From: Bradymonadia bacterium
Lineage (GTDB): Bacteria; Myxococcota_A; Bradymonadia; UBA7976; UBA1532
Direction of reading: 5' to 3'
Length of the DNA: 64,000 bases
NCBI GenBank assembly: GCA_046290225.1
Contig: JBKAGE010000043.1
Location: 39,003 to 103,002 of the forward strand
In this document: positions 1 through 9,469 of the stretch, in pieces
Layout: each line of letters opens with the position of its first letter
Numbering within the stretch: the first letter of the stretch is position 1
The notes under the pieces: generated by a model
What the model was told of the DNA's origin: nothing
Seen by the model: the letters and a program-made list of their open reading frames with translations, nothing else
Database searches by the model: none
Made by a program: the position numbers and the translations under genes

Positions 1-3000
1 GCGAAGACCTGCTCCGCCTCTGGCACACGCTCGGCCTCGATGAGGGCCGCCGACAACAGCGTGAGATCTTCCAGGGAGCGACCCTGGTCGGGATAGCGCT
101 CCAGGACCGCCACCGCCTGATCGTACTCACCGCCGCCGATGAGCGCCCGGGCGAGCATTCGGCCGAGCCGCCGATCTTCAGGGCGCTCCTCGGTGATCAG
201 CTTCAAGAACGCGATCTGGTCGAAGTCTCCGCCCGGCTTGATCTCCAGACGGGAGGGTAGAGCGCCTTGCAGTCGTCTGAGACTGCCCTTGAGGGCCATG
301 ATGCCCCGCGGGCTGTACCGCCCATCGGAGACCTCGAGGGTGATCTCGATGCGGGTCTGGCTGCCCTCGCGCTGCTCGCGGATGGAGATGTGTGCCCCTG
401 CCTCATTGAGGGAGATGGAGAGGGGCTTCCACTGAAAACGGTATCCCTCGGGGGCGTCGAGGACGATGGTGCGCTGAAGGGTGCGGGCAGGCAGCTGCTG
501 TGGGCTCACCGTCATTGCTTTGAGCGGAGCGCCCTCAAGCAGATCGACGTCGAGGGTGTAGAACAGGCTGCCGTCGAGCTGTACGCCCACGAGATCGAGA
601 TCTTCGTGGCGGGTGCTGATGGTGACGGGGGCCTCGGGGAAGTCGAGCCCTTCGAGGGTGATGCTGTCGGGGCTCATGGCGCCGCCCAATACAAAGCCCG
701 GTGATCTCAGGTGCGTGTGCCGAGCCACCGGGGCGAGGCGACCCAGGTGCTGTCGAGCTTTGCCAGCGAGATCACCCGTGAGGGCGGTGCGGGCCTCGAG
801 GGTGCCACCACCGGTGGGGGTGAGGACCATCTGTACCTCTTCCACGAGCGTGTGAGCGCCGGGGTCACTCTCCGGTACGTGCTTGAGCGCGCCCCCGTCC
901 CCATCGACGACGAAAGCCAGGCGCCCGCGGAGCATCTCGGGGACGGCGGTGAGGGTGCCCATGCCCGAGGTGGCGTCGAGCCAGAGATCGTGTTGCTCCG
1001 GTGTCTGCGCAGGCACATACAACAACACGTGGCTGAACTGGGCCGGAGAGGGGTGATCCTTCTGCACGAAGCCCGAGTCGCGGGGGCGCACCAGAGCCGG
1101 CAGCGCCTTGATGCCGAGGGTGTCCAACATGGCCACCATGAGGGCAGTCATGTCTTTGCAGTCCCCCGAAGCCCGGGCCAGGGTGCTCACCGCCGGTCGA
1201 GGCTTGTAGGCCCCCACGCCGATCTCGAGGCCCAGATATTGGATCTTGGACTCGACGTAGGCATAGACCGCGGCGATTTTGGCCTCTCGATCCGTAGCGT
1301 TCGCGGTGATTTTCGCCGTGAGTGCCTTCAGCTGTGCATCGACGGCAGTGCTCGGTGAGAACAGGTCGTGGTACCAGGAATCCACAGCTGCCCAGTCCTC
1401 CAAGCTGGAGATGTGCACCGCAGGCACCGGAGGATCAGAAGGCTTGCGTCGAGGCATGTAGCCCGAGAGGTCGTGGGCTTCCCAAATCACCTCTCGTCGA
1501 CCCCCCGTCACCTGCTCCTTGGGCGCCGGTAGGGCAGGGGCGTGGGCGGTGTACTGCGTCTCAGCGGGCAAATCGAGGGTGTAGCGGACCCGTACGGTGG
1601 GCTCGGCGTTGCCGAGCACGTAGCTGTCCCACCATGCGCCGAGATCGACGCTCCTGGGGCGGCCGACCACCACGGTGTAGTCCACGATCGACCCTGGCTC
1701 CACTGCAGGGAACTCCATCCGCAGGCGGCGACCCTCACCGTAGAGCGCTGTGTCGGCGAAGGGGTTCACCGTGGAAATCATCTGAGGGGCTACGGGCACC
1801 ACTGCGCCGTCCGGCGTCAGGGTCCGGGCCTGCACGATCTGTGGAGGGGCGTTCACGTTGAAGGGGATCAACGTCGCCTGGTGACTCTCGACTGCACTTC
1901 GGTGGCGCACGAGCACCGAGCGTACATGAGTGATCTGCATCACTCGCCCACCGTCGACCTTCACTTTCCGTTCGTCCCGCAGCACCACAGCGCCAGGCGC
2001 TTCGTCCACCGACGGCGCCCTGGCTGCGAGGGCCTGGAGCTCAGGATCGACCTGGGCGGCCATGAGACCAGGCTCTTTCACGGCGTGGGGCCCCTCGAGG
2101 GCCGGATCGCGCCGCATCATGGCGTCGAGGATCTGCCGAGCGGCGAGATGATCGGGGTTGCGCACGAGCAGGGCTCTGAGCTGATCCGCTGCCGCCTCGA
2201 GCTGGCCCTGGCGCTGCAGTAAATGGGCGAAGTCGAAGCGCAGGCTCTCGTCGGTGGGTGCGAGCCGTACGGCGTGTTGATAGGCGGCGATGGCCTCACC
2301 TGAACGGTTGAGATCGGCGTAGACCGCCCCGAGCACGGGCATCAGCTCCGGGAGCGGGGCGCCGAGGGCTCGGGCCCGCTCCAGGGCATCTGCGGCGCGG
2401 AGGCTGTCTCCAGCACCATACAACGCCTGGCCGAGGTGCATGTGCAGCCTGGCGTCTGCAGGCCGCTGTACCACCAGCCCCGAGAGCAGCTGCGCCGCCT
2501 CCTGGAACCGGTCCACCGACAGCAACCCGTGGGCGAGCCTCAGGCGAGGTCGGCCGTGCTCGGGGAACCGGGTCACCAGCTGGCGCCAGCGACCGAGGGC
2601 CAGCTCGATCTCGCCATCGAGGAACTCCATACGGGCGAGCTCGTCGGCGTAGTCGGGATCAGTGGGATCGAGCTTGGTGGCCTGAGACATCATGGCTCGG
2701 GCATCGCCTCGACGACCCGCTTCTTCCAGAGCATCGCCCAGGTCGAAGTACAGGATCGCTGCTTTGGGATGATGGTCTATCCCCCGACGGAAGATGGCCG
2801 CAGCCTGCAAGTAGCGCCGCTGGCTGTAGCGCCACCGACCATAACTGCGCCAGGCCGAGAGCAAATCGGGGTGTTTGTCGACGAGGGCGCCGTACTCCAC
2901 CTCGGCCCAGCTCTCGGAGCCTGCGCTGGCGAGGGCCCGAGCCACGAGCAGGCGGCTCTCGCCCTGGCGACGCTCGTCTTCATAGAGGGCCGGGCGCAGA

Positions 3001-4064
3001 GTGAGCGCTTCATCGAGCCGGTTGAGCGTCACCAGAGCCTGGAATTTGAGGGCCAGGGCTTCGTGAGAGAGCGGATCTTTCTTCAGGACCCGATCAGCCC
3101 ACACCAGGGCCGACCGACCATCGTCGGAGAGAAGCAGCGCTCGACCGAGGGCGAGCTGGTGATCGCGATCGTGTGGCTCGGCCTCCACCAGCGCGGTGAA
3201 ATGTGCCGTGGCTCTGGCCCCTTCGCCGAGGCTCACGAGGATGTGGCCCAACACCGCTCGAGCGCGATGGTGCCCGGGGTGGCGCACCAGCACCGACTCC
3301 AGGGCATTCCGTGCCTGGTTGCGATCATTGAGCTCGAGGAACGCCCGGGCCATCAAGAAGTGGGGGGCGGCAGCGTCGGGGTGTAGAGAGACGGCCTTGA
3401 GGCTGAGGCTCATGGCCGCTGCAGGCTGACCGGTGCGCAGCGCCATGAGGCCCTGGGCCATGAAGCTCTCGTAGGCCTGAGGTGCAGCATGGAGCAGGCT
3501 GTCGAGTAGAGGTGCAGCCTCGGAGAATTGCCCTGCCTCGGTGCGCCAGCGGGCGGCGAGGGAGAGCGCGCCGATGTGCTTGGGATCCAGGTCACGGGCT
3601 CGGGCGAGGGTGATCAAGGCTGTGGCTTCGTCACCACGGGCCGCGGCGTGCCGGGCCTGAGAAACGAAGCAGGGGGCCTCGTCGGGGAACTGCTCGGCAC
3701 ATTGCTCCAGAAGAGCGGCGCCGGCCTTCTCGTCCGTCAGCCGCAAGGCTTCGCCTGTAAAAGCCCACACCGCAGATGACTGCGTGTGTTGTTGTCGCAG
3801 CTTCTCCATGGCCTGGGCCAGCCGAGCCCCCTGACCCAGACGCCGGGCTGCCGTGAGCGCGCAGCGGAAGGCCCCCGTGTCAGTGGGGGTGGTTTTGAGC
3901 CGCACCAGGCAGGTCCGCAGACGCCCTTGGACAGTGGCAGGCTGCTTCGCCGGTGTCACGACAGGTGTGGGGGAGGGGGCGGCACCACAGCCAGAGAGGG
4001 GCATACACAACAGGGCGAGGAGCAGGAGAGGGCATCGCCTGAGAACAGAGAACGACGAAGACAT
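1..4064 (-). CDS. Large lipoprotein: TPR repeats + DUF3857-like domain + transglutaminase-like domain + further TPRs (3' end off window edge)
   Basis: Missing from the ORF track because it has no stop in the window; all long + strand shadow ORFs (267, 711, 1542, 2436, 3528, 3786) are in its antisense frame. ATG at 4064 with GGAGAGAGG RBS; N-terminus MSSSFSVLRRCPLLLLALLCMPLSGC (lipobox LSGC); my translation gives ASGDCKDM (1152-1166), AQFSHVLLY and LWLDAT, the transglutaminase Cys-His-Asp motifs. Confidence 0.85.
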   Translation of the reverse strand, partial: MSSSFSVLRRCPLLLLALLCMPLSGCGAAPSPTPVVTPAKQPATVQGRLRTCLVRLKTTPTDTGAFRCALTAARRLGQGARLAQAMEKLRQQHTQSSAVWAFTGEALRLTDEKAGAALLEQCAEQFPDEAPCFVSQARHAAARGDEATALITLARARDLDPKHIGALSLAARWRTEAGQFSEAAPLLDSLLHAAPQAYESFMAQGLMALRTGQPAAAMSLSLKAVSLHPDAAAPHFLMARAFLELNDRNQARNALESVLVRHPGHHRARAVLGHILVSLGEGARATAHFTALVEAEPHDRDHQLALGRALLLSDDGRSALVWADRVLKKDPLSHEALALKFQALVTLNRLDEALTLRPALYEDERRQGESRLLVARALASAGSESWAEVEYGALVDKHPDLLSAWRSYGRWRYSQRRYLQAAAIFRRGIDHHPKAAILYFDLGDALEEAGRRGDARAMMSQATKLDPTDPDYADELARMEFLDGEIELALGRWRQLVTRFPEHGRPRLRLAHGLLSVDRFQEAAQLLSGLVVQRPADARLHMHLGQALYGAGDSLRAADALERARALGAPLPELMPVLGAVYADLNRSGEAIAAYQHAVRLAPTDESLRFDFAHLLQRQGQLEAAADQLRALLVRNPDHLAARQILDAMMRRDPALEGPHAVKEPGLMAAQVDPELQALAARAPSVDEAPGAVVLRDERKVKVDGGRVMQITHVRSVLVRHRSAVESHQATLIPFNVNAPPQIVQARTLTPDGAVVPVAPQMISTVNPFADTALYGEGRRLRMEFPAVEPGSIVDYTVVVGRPRSVDLGAWWDSYVLGNAEPTVRVRYTLDLPAETQYTAHAPALPAPKEQVTGGRREVIWEAHDLSGYMPRRKPSDPPVPAVHISSLEDWAAVDSWYHDLFSPSTAVDAQLKALTAKITANATDREAKIAAVYAYVESKIQYLGLEIGVGAYKPRPAVSTLARASGDCKDMTALMVAMLDTLGIKALPALVRPRDSGFVQKDHPSPAQFSHVLLYVPAQTPEQHDLWLDATSGMGTLTAVPEMLRGRLAFVVDGDGGALKHVPESDPGAHTLVEEVQMVLTPTGGGTLEARTALTGDLAGKARQHLGRLAPVARHTHLRSPGFVLGGAMSPDSITLEGLDFPEAPVTISTRHEDLDLVGVQLDGSLFYTLDVDLLEGAPLKAMTVSPQQLPARTLQRTIVLDAPEGYRFQWKPLSISLNEAGAHISIREQREGSQTRIEITLEVSDGRYSPRGIMALKGSLRRLQGALPSRLEIKPGGDFDQIAFLKLITEERPEDRRLGRMLARALIGGGEYDQAVAVLERYPDQGRSLEDLTLLSAALIEAERVPEAEQVF

Positions 4065-4345
4065 ACCAATACCTCTCTCCGGCGATGCGCCGAGCCAGAA
4101 TCACATGAGCCCACCATTCATCTGAGCCACCTCTCTTCGATCACTGGGGCTGTGATCAGAGATGTCTCAAAGGTCGAAAAGGAAACAGCCTGTCTCTGTG
4201 TGCCTCGAGATTTGGACCGCCCAGGCCAGTGGCTGAATTCACCTCTTATGTGCTCTACGGCGAGATCGAGGCCAGGACTGAAGCCCTCAGGGAGAATTCG
4301 CCGCAGATAAGCGGCAGGGGGTCAGCCTATGCGGCGAGTCTGTGA

Positions 4346-5524
4346 TCAGCGCTCGCCAGAGGTGTCGTATTCAGTGACGATCCAACGGACATGGCTCATG
4401 TTCGCGCTGGGCAGGAGAGGGCCTGCCATGCCCGAGAGGTCCACGAGAAACGCGCCGCTCCGCACATCATCTGCCGGGCCGGACTGTCCGAGGAACAGAT
4501 AGGTGACGGTGCCATCGGCGATCTCGGTCAGAGGCTGGGGCTGGCGCTCGGAGAGCAGGCCCTCCACCCCAGAGGACATGTCGGAGATGAGGGCGTCGGT
4601 GAGGGTGGTGAGAGTGCCTGGAAGCCCGCAGAAGTCGCCGCCATCGAAGATGGCCCGCTGATCGACGTCCATGCGGAACACATCATAGTGCGGTGAGAGG
4701 GGACCATCTTTCTCCGGGACGTGGCGGGCAAAGACCAGGGCACCGAGGTTGGCCGTGAAGGCAGGCTCTCGATCCCCAGCCCACACGTCCCGGCGTTGAG
4801 GATCACCGTCGGTGACCCGGCAGACTGATCCAACGCTCTCGTTGCCCACCCACAGCGTTGAGCGCATCTCACAGGCGTCACCCTCGCAGATCTCCTCGAG
4901 GCGGCTGTAGGCGAAGAGCGGCGTGCCCACCGCTGCGGTGACGTCGCGGGCCTGCACGTCGAGATCCGTGAGGGGCAACATCAGGTCGCGATCCCGGCCG
5001 GTGTTGTCGAAGGCCGACATCCACACACCCTCGGCGCCGTCGGCACACGACATCGAAAAGATGAGCCGGCGATCGTCCCGCCAGCCTACGCCGCCGGCAC
5101 CGGCGTCACAGTCATCGGGGGTGATGGCGTAAGCATCAGCGGCTCGCAGATCAAGCACCCACACCACACCGCGGTCCGAGCGATCGGCCATCTGGTGACG
5201 CACCACCGCCACTCGGCGCCGATCTGGGGCCACGGCATGGGCGCCCCAGAACCCGGCTTCGGTGGTGATCCGCTGTACGTCGGATCCGTCGCCACGCACG
5301 CTGTAGAGGTGCCCGCCGGCATCATCGACGGCGGCATAGGTCAGATCACCAGAGATGTTGCCCACCACCGGTCGCACCTCACCATCGGGCAGATCGACCA
5401 CCTGAGCGTCGGCAGGCACAGCGGCGTCAGGGGCGGTCGTGGCGTCGGCTGAAGTGCTCTCACCTCCGCCGTCATCACACGCCACCAGGGCGGCGAGGCA
5501 GATCCAGTGGGGTCGAATCGGCAT
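4346..5524 (-). CDS. Lipoprotein with TolB/PD40-like beta-propeller
   Basis: Lipobox LVAC; repeats such as HLYSVRGDGSDVQRIT, HAVAPDRRRVAVV, DREPAFTANLGALVFAR. Confidence 0.65.
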   Translation of the reverse strand: MPIRPHWICLAALVACDDGGGESTSADATTAPDAAVPADAQVVDLPDGEVRPVVGNISGDLTYAAVDDAGGHLYSVRGDGSDVQRITTEAGFWGAHAVAPDRRRVAVVRHQMADRSDRGVVWVLDLRAADAYAITPDDCDAGAGGVGWRDDRRLIFSMSCADGAEGVWMSAFDNTGRDRDLMLPLTDLDVQARDVTAAVGTPLFAYSRLEEICEGDACEMRSTLWVGNESVGSVCRVTDGDPQRRDVWAGDREPAFTANLGALVFARHVPEKDGPLSPHYDVFRMDVDQRAIFDGGDFCGLPGTLTTLTDALISDMSSGVEGLLSERQPQPLTEIADGTVTYLFLGQSGPADDVRSGAFLVDLSGMAGPLLPSANMSHVRWIVTEYDTSGER

Positions 5525-5542
5525 GATCTCTCTCAGTCCTGA

Positions 5543-7186
5543 TCAGTCACAGTCATCTCGGGTCTCGTCTTCGTCGAGGGCTCGACGCCATCGAGCAGCC
5601 ACTCGAGCAGCCTCTTCCAAAGCGGGCAGGGCTCGAGTGGAGACAAGATCTGCAGCATCTGCGAGGGCGCTCTGGAGCCGCTCGCGTTTGGGGGTGAGCC
5701 AGTACAACTTCGGCCCTTCGGGGCACAGCTGCTCCAATGTCACCACGATACCCGGTGCGCATACGCCCTTGGCAACCTCAAGGGCCTGCATGGGGATTGG
5801 CCAGGGGGTCACGGCGAAACGGAGCGAAAAGCCATCTCTGGCAGGGCCTCGGACCAGTTCCAGCCGGATACAGGCCCCCTCGACAGATTTCACGAAACCC
5901 AATCGTCGAGCCTCGACTGAGGCCTGGCGATCCACCTCGAAGCCGGGCAGGGCCTGTGGGATGAGCCGCCGTGCATCGATGCCCAGCCAGGCCTCCGGCG
6001 TATCAGCGTGTCCGGCGACGCCGGCCCACCACCGACCGACCGCCGAAGGGACTACAGGCGTGAGATGCGCTGGCAGCACATCGGGGGACGTGTGATCGTG
6101 CAGAGCGTGCATCATCGCCTGCACCAGCGCAGCATATCGACGCCCTGATTCGCTTTCTGCCACGGGCCAGTGATGACGCCAGCCCCCTTCATCCTCGAGA
6201 TGTTTCTGCAGAGCGGGCAGTGGGGACAAAGCCCCGTGAAGCCGCCTCGGATCATCCTCGGGGGTGGTGCACTCGAGCACGTCATCATGACTGCGTCGTT
6301 GTCCTCGGTGAATCAGCGCCTGGGCAGAGAGTTGGCCATCGATCTCTGCTGACGGGTGCAGGCGAGGCCACCACAGGGTCCAATCGTGCATGCCCCGTTG
6401 AAACCGCTGGTGATCCAACAGGCCCTCGTGGATCAAGTCTTCGAGGGCCCCGGGCTGCTGCCGTGTGGAGATGCCCGCCCTGAGCGCCGTGCCAGCCTCC
6501 CGGGCGGACCAAAGGCTCTCCAGTACGTCGAGTGGGCCCATCCACCGCCATCGGCCTCGGGGGCGGCCAGAGAGGGCCTCGGTGGCGATGCTCAGGAGGG
6601 TGGGGCTGATCTCCAGAGGCGCCAAAACCAGCGCCCATGTACCCCGCCGACCGGGCACGAGCTCTCCGGGCATGCCAGCCTCCTCGATGCAGCGCTGTTG
6701 AAGGTGCAGTAACAACTTCGGGGGCGCAGCCTCGGCCTCACCTGTGTGGGGCGAGAAGGGTGGCGTGTCGTGAGAGACTGCCTCGGGGGAGAGGCTCCAG
6801 ATCCAGGGGCGCTGAGCTGTGCCCCCATCCTGATCCCACACTGTCTCTGGGGCGGTGAACACTGAGGGGCCAATGGGGCAGGTGAGCCTCAGCCCCCCAT
6901 CTGCCCCATGACTGATCCATTCCACCTCGCAGGCCACAGCCCGCCGAAGCCACACCGCGGATGCTGTGGGAGAGGTCGGACCATCATCGAGCTCGAGCCA
7001 GTGGCCCTCGAATCCATCTGGAAGGAACGGCGCCAGATCCTTCAGTGGATCGAGCGCGCGCCACGCCACATGGCCTGTGCCGGGACCGGTGAGACCAAGG
7101 TGTTGGAGGGCGGCGAGGGCCAGTGGCCAGCTGCGGCCGAGGCTGCGCGGTCGCCCGAGGAGCGGGCCGCGGTGCACACGGGTCAT
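5543..7186 (-). CDS. Hypothetical protein (547 aa)
   Basis: Long ORF overlapping the ykgJ-like stop by 4 nt and ending 18 nt before the next start; no motif recognised. Confidence 0.6.
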   Translation of the reverse strand: MTRVHRGPLLGRPRSLGRSWPLALAALQHLGLTGPGTGHVAWRALDPLKDLAPFLPDGFEGHWLELDDGPTSPTASAVWLRRAVACEVEWISHGADGGLRLTCPIGPSVFTAPETVWDQDGGTAQRPWIWSLSPEAVSHDTPPFSPHTGEAEAAPPKLLLHLQQRCIEEAGMPGELVPGRRGTWALVLAPLEISPTLLSIATEALSGRPRGRWRWMGPLDVLESLWSAREAGTALRAGISTRQQPGALEDLIHEGLLDHQRFQRGMHDWTLWWPRLHPSAEIDGQLSAQALIHRGQRRSHDDVLECTTPEDDPRRLHGALSPLPALQKHLEDEGGWRHHWPVAESESGRRYAALVQAMMHALHDHTSPDVLPAHLTPVVPSAVGRWWAGVAGHADTPEAWLGIDARRLIPQALPGFEVDRQASVEARRLGFVKSVEGACIRLELVRGPARDGFSLRFAVTPWPIPMQALEVAKGVCAPGIVVTLEQLCPEGPKLYWLTPKRERLQSALADAADLVSTRALPALEEAARVAARWRRALDEDETRDDCD

Positions 7187-7737
7187 TCTGCCGCCGAGGG
7201 CCCTGTGAGGGCGGCCTCCAGTGACAGGCGAGGCTCTGGCTGCTGCCCTACGGGCTGCTCTTGCAGATACATGGTGTTGATGAGGACCAGCATCTTGTTG
7301 AGATGGTCAAGGTTGAGCACGGCTTCCGAGGTGAGGGCCTCAACGACCTGCTCAGGTGACATGTCCTCGAAATTGAGGCCACACCAGACCAGGCCTTCTT
7401 CAGCGGTTTGCACGGCGGGGCCGTGGGTCCGACAGATGACGGGCCGAGCCGGGTAGACGGCGCAGGCACCATCGGCGTCGAGAAACACGCAGCGCTCTCC
7501 GGCCTGGACCGAGGCATCGGTCAACCGAGCGCGCAGGGATTCGCGCAGGGCCTGAGGCTGAGTCGAGAGCCACTGGGCGATGGCTTCGACTTCCACCGCC
7601 CATGCCGTGCGGCGGGTACGACAGCAGCCATCACAGCCGCGTTTGCAATTGAGGTAGGGGCCCTGCAGGCGATCGACCCGGGTATTGAAGGCATCGATCT
7701 GCCCTCGAAGCTGTCCGTAGCGCTCGAGGGCAGACAT
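7183..7737 (-). CDS. YkgJ-family cysteine-cluster (CxxCxxCC, putative Zn/Fe-S) protein
   Basis: CKRGCDGCC ... CVFLDADGACAVYPARPVICRTH. Confidence 0.88.
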   Translation of the reverse strand: MSALERYGQLRGQIDAFNTRVDRLQGPYLNCKRGCDGCCRTRRTAWAVEVEAIAQWLSTQPQALRESLRARLTDASVQAGERCVFLDADGACAVYPARPVICRTHGPAVQTAEEGLVWCGLNFEDMSPEQVVEALTSEAVLNLDHLNKMLVLINTMYLQEQPVGQQPEPRLSLEAALTGPSAAE

Positions 7738-7740
7738 CGA

Positions 7741-9330
7741 TCACTCCTCTGCAGGGGCGCTGGCGGTGAGGTAGACCGTGGAGGCGCCACCGACGACGTT
7801 CGACTCGATGACCAGGGCGGCGATGTGAGAGCGACCCATCTCGGCGGGGCGAGCGAAGGTCACCTCCACCGTGTGGGTGTCGCCAGGGGCCAGGGTGAGA
7901 TCAGCGTCGACGCCACCAGAGGAGATGCTGAACTCGGGATCGCTGCCTACACCCATAGAGACCTCGCCCATGGCGATGCTCGAGATCACCAGATCGGACT
8001 CGCCGGTGTTGCGCAGGGTGACGCTCTGGGCCTGGGACATCCCCAGAGCCACGTCGGAGAAGTCGATGGCGGCGGGATCGACGGTGAGCGAGGCGGGGGC
8101 CTGACCACCAGAAGCCACCAGAGGTACCTCCACGACGGTGCGACGAGCATCGCCGGGGAACTCGGGGTTGTCGGCGCCGTTGTTGGCGTTGGACACCACC
8201 TGGAGCGTGCCGTTGTTCGGCGTGTTCGGATCCGCAGGCTGGTACACCACTTCCACAGAGTCCACGGCCTGGCCCGGCGGGATGGTGAAGCTGGTGGCGG
8301 AGGCGATGCGGTAGCCCTCACCGGTGGTCTTCACGTCGAGGACCTCGAGGTTCTTGGCGCCGGTGTTGCGCAGGGTGACCAGGGTACGGGACATACCCTG
8401 GCCGAGGGCGGGCATGCGGACCGGGTTGGGGCCCACCTCGAGCACCGCGAAGACCGGAGAAGAGGTCACAGTGATGCGCAGGGGGTTGTTCTCGGGATCA
8501 TTGCTGTCCACCACGAGCACCGCTTCATCGGCCACATCGTCGGCGGGCTCGTAGATCACCCGGATCTCCTGAGCGTCCTGCTCGTTCACCACCCAGGGCA
8601 GATCCGGATCGAGCAGCTCGATGCGGTACTCGTCGATGGGGGCGCCGTTCTCGTCTTGAGGCTGCGCGGTGAGGTACTCGAGGCGCACGTCGTACACCTC
8701 GAGGGGGCCGTTGCCGGTGTTCCGCAGCAACAGGGTCTCGCTCCCCATCGCCACCCCGGGGAAGGCCACCACGGTGGGGGCCACGGAGATGCGGGGGCTC
8801 GCCGCCTGAACGTTCAGGCTCACCCGGATCTCCTGCTTGTCCCGGTCGACGACGTTGCTGGTCACCACCAGATCGGTCCCCGCAGGGGGGTTGGTGTCGA
8901 TGGCCTGATAGTAGACGTCGAACTCGATGAAGGACGGATCACCCGTGTCGGTGCCCACGCCCTCGGGAGATAGGGTGAAGGGTACTTCCCGACCAGGGTT
9001 CCAGGCGTAGTAGCACTGCGCCTTCACGTCGGGAGGCAGCTCCTGCACATTGTTCACCCCCTGTTCGAAGAGGTTGCAGGCCTCGTAGCCCTCGATGGTG
9101 ATCCCGGTGACGGTGAGTGGGGTCTCACCGCCTCGAGCGTCGATGGTGATCTTCTCGCCGAGCACCTCACCGGTGCGGTTGGGGCGGTTGAAGAAGAGGC
9201 TCGTGGGGCTGACCTCGATGTCGTTCGACTTGGTCTCTTCGAAGTTGTCGCCGCCGCAGCTCGCCACCAAGCTCGAGAGGAGCAGGAGGCCGAGTGAGAG
9301 ACGCCCGGGGCGGGTTGTGTGTGGAGACAT
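7741..9330 (-). CDS. Lipoprotein with 4 choice-of-anchor D/ASH (ASPM-SPD-2-Hydin) Ig-like repeats
   Basis: ATG 9330 with GAGG RBS; lipobox VASC; repeats begin IEVSPTSLFF, ISVAPTVVAF, LEVGPNPVRM, LTVDPAAIDF, with LRNTG..L.V and SNDP motifs. Confidence 0.82.
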   Translation of the reverse strand: MSPHTTRPGRLSLGLLLLSSLVASCGGDNFEETKSNDIEVSPTSLFFNRPNRTGEVLGEKITIDARGGETPLTVTGITIEGYEACNLFEQGVNNVQELPPDVKAQCYYAWNPGREVPFTLSPEGVGTDTGDPSFIEFDVYYQAIDTNPPAGTDLVVTSNVVDRDKQEIRVSLNVQAASPRISVAPTVVAFPGVAMGSETLLLRNTGNGPLEVYDVRLEYLTAQPQDENGAPIDEYRIELLDPDLPWVVNEQDAQEIRVIYEPADDVADEAVLVVDSNDPENNPLRITVTSSPVFAVLEVGPNPVRMPALGQGMSRTLVTLRNTGAKNLEVLDVKTTGEGYRIASATSFTIPPGQAVDSVEVVYQPADPNTPNNGTLQVVSNANNGADNPEFPGDARRTVVEVPLVASGGQAPASLTVDPAAIDFSDVALGMSQAQSVTLRNTGESDLVISSIAMGEVSMGVGSDPEFSISSGGVDADLTLAPGDTHTVEVTFARPAEMGRSHIAALVIESNVVGGASTVYLTASAPAEE

Positions 9331-9469
9331 GCTCACCTCGATTCAAAACGTGTGTGCAGATGCTGAGCGTTCGAGCACTGAGCGACCGAACGCTTGGCGG
9401 GCAGAAGACCTGCTTCAAGCCCCTGAGATTCACTGAGCTTTGCAGAGCCCCGCGGCCCCGCAGCGGGCA

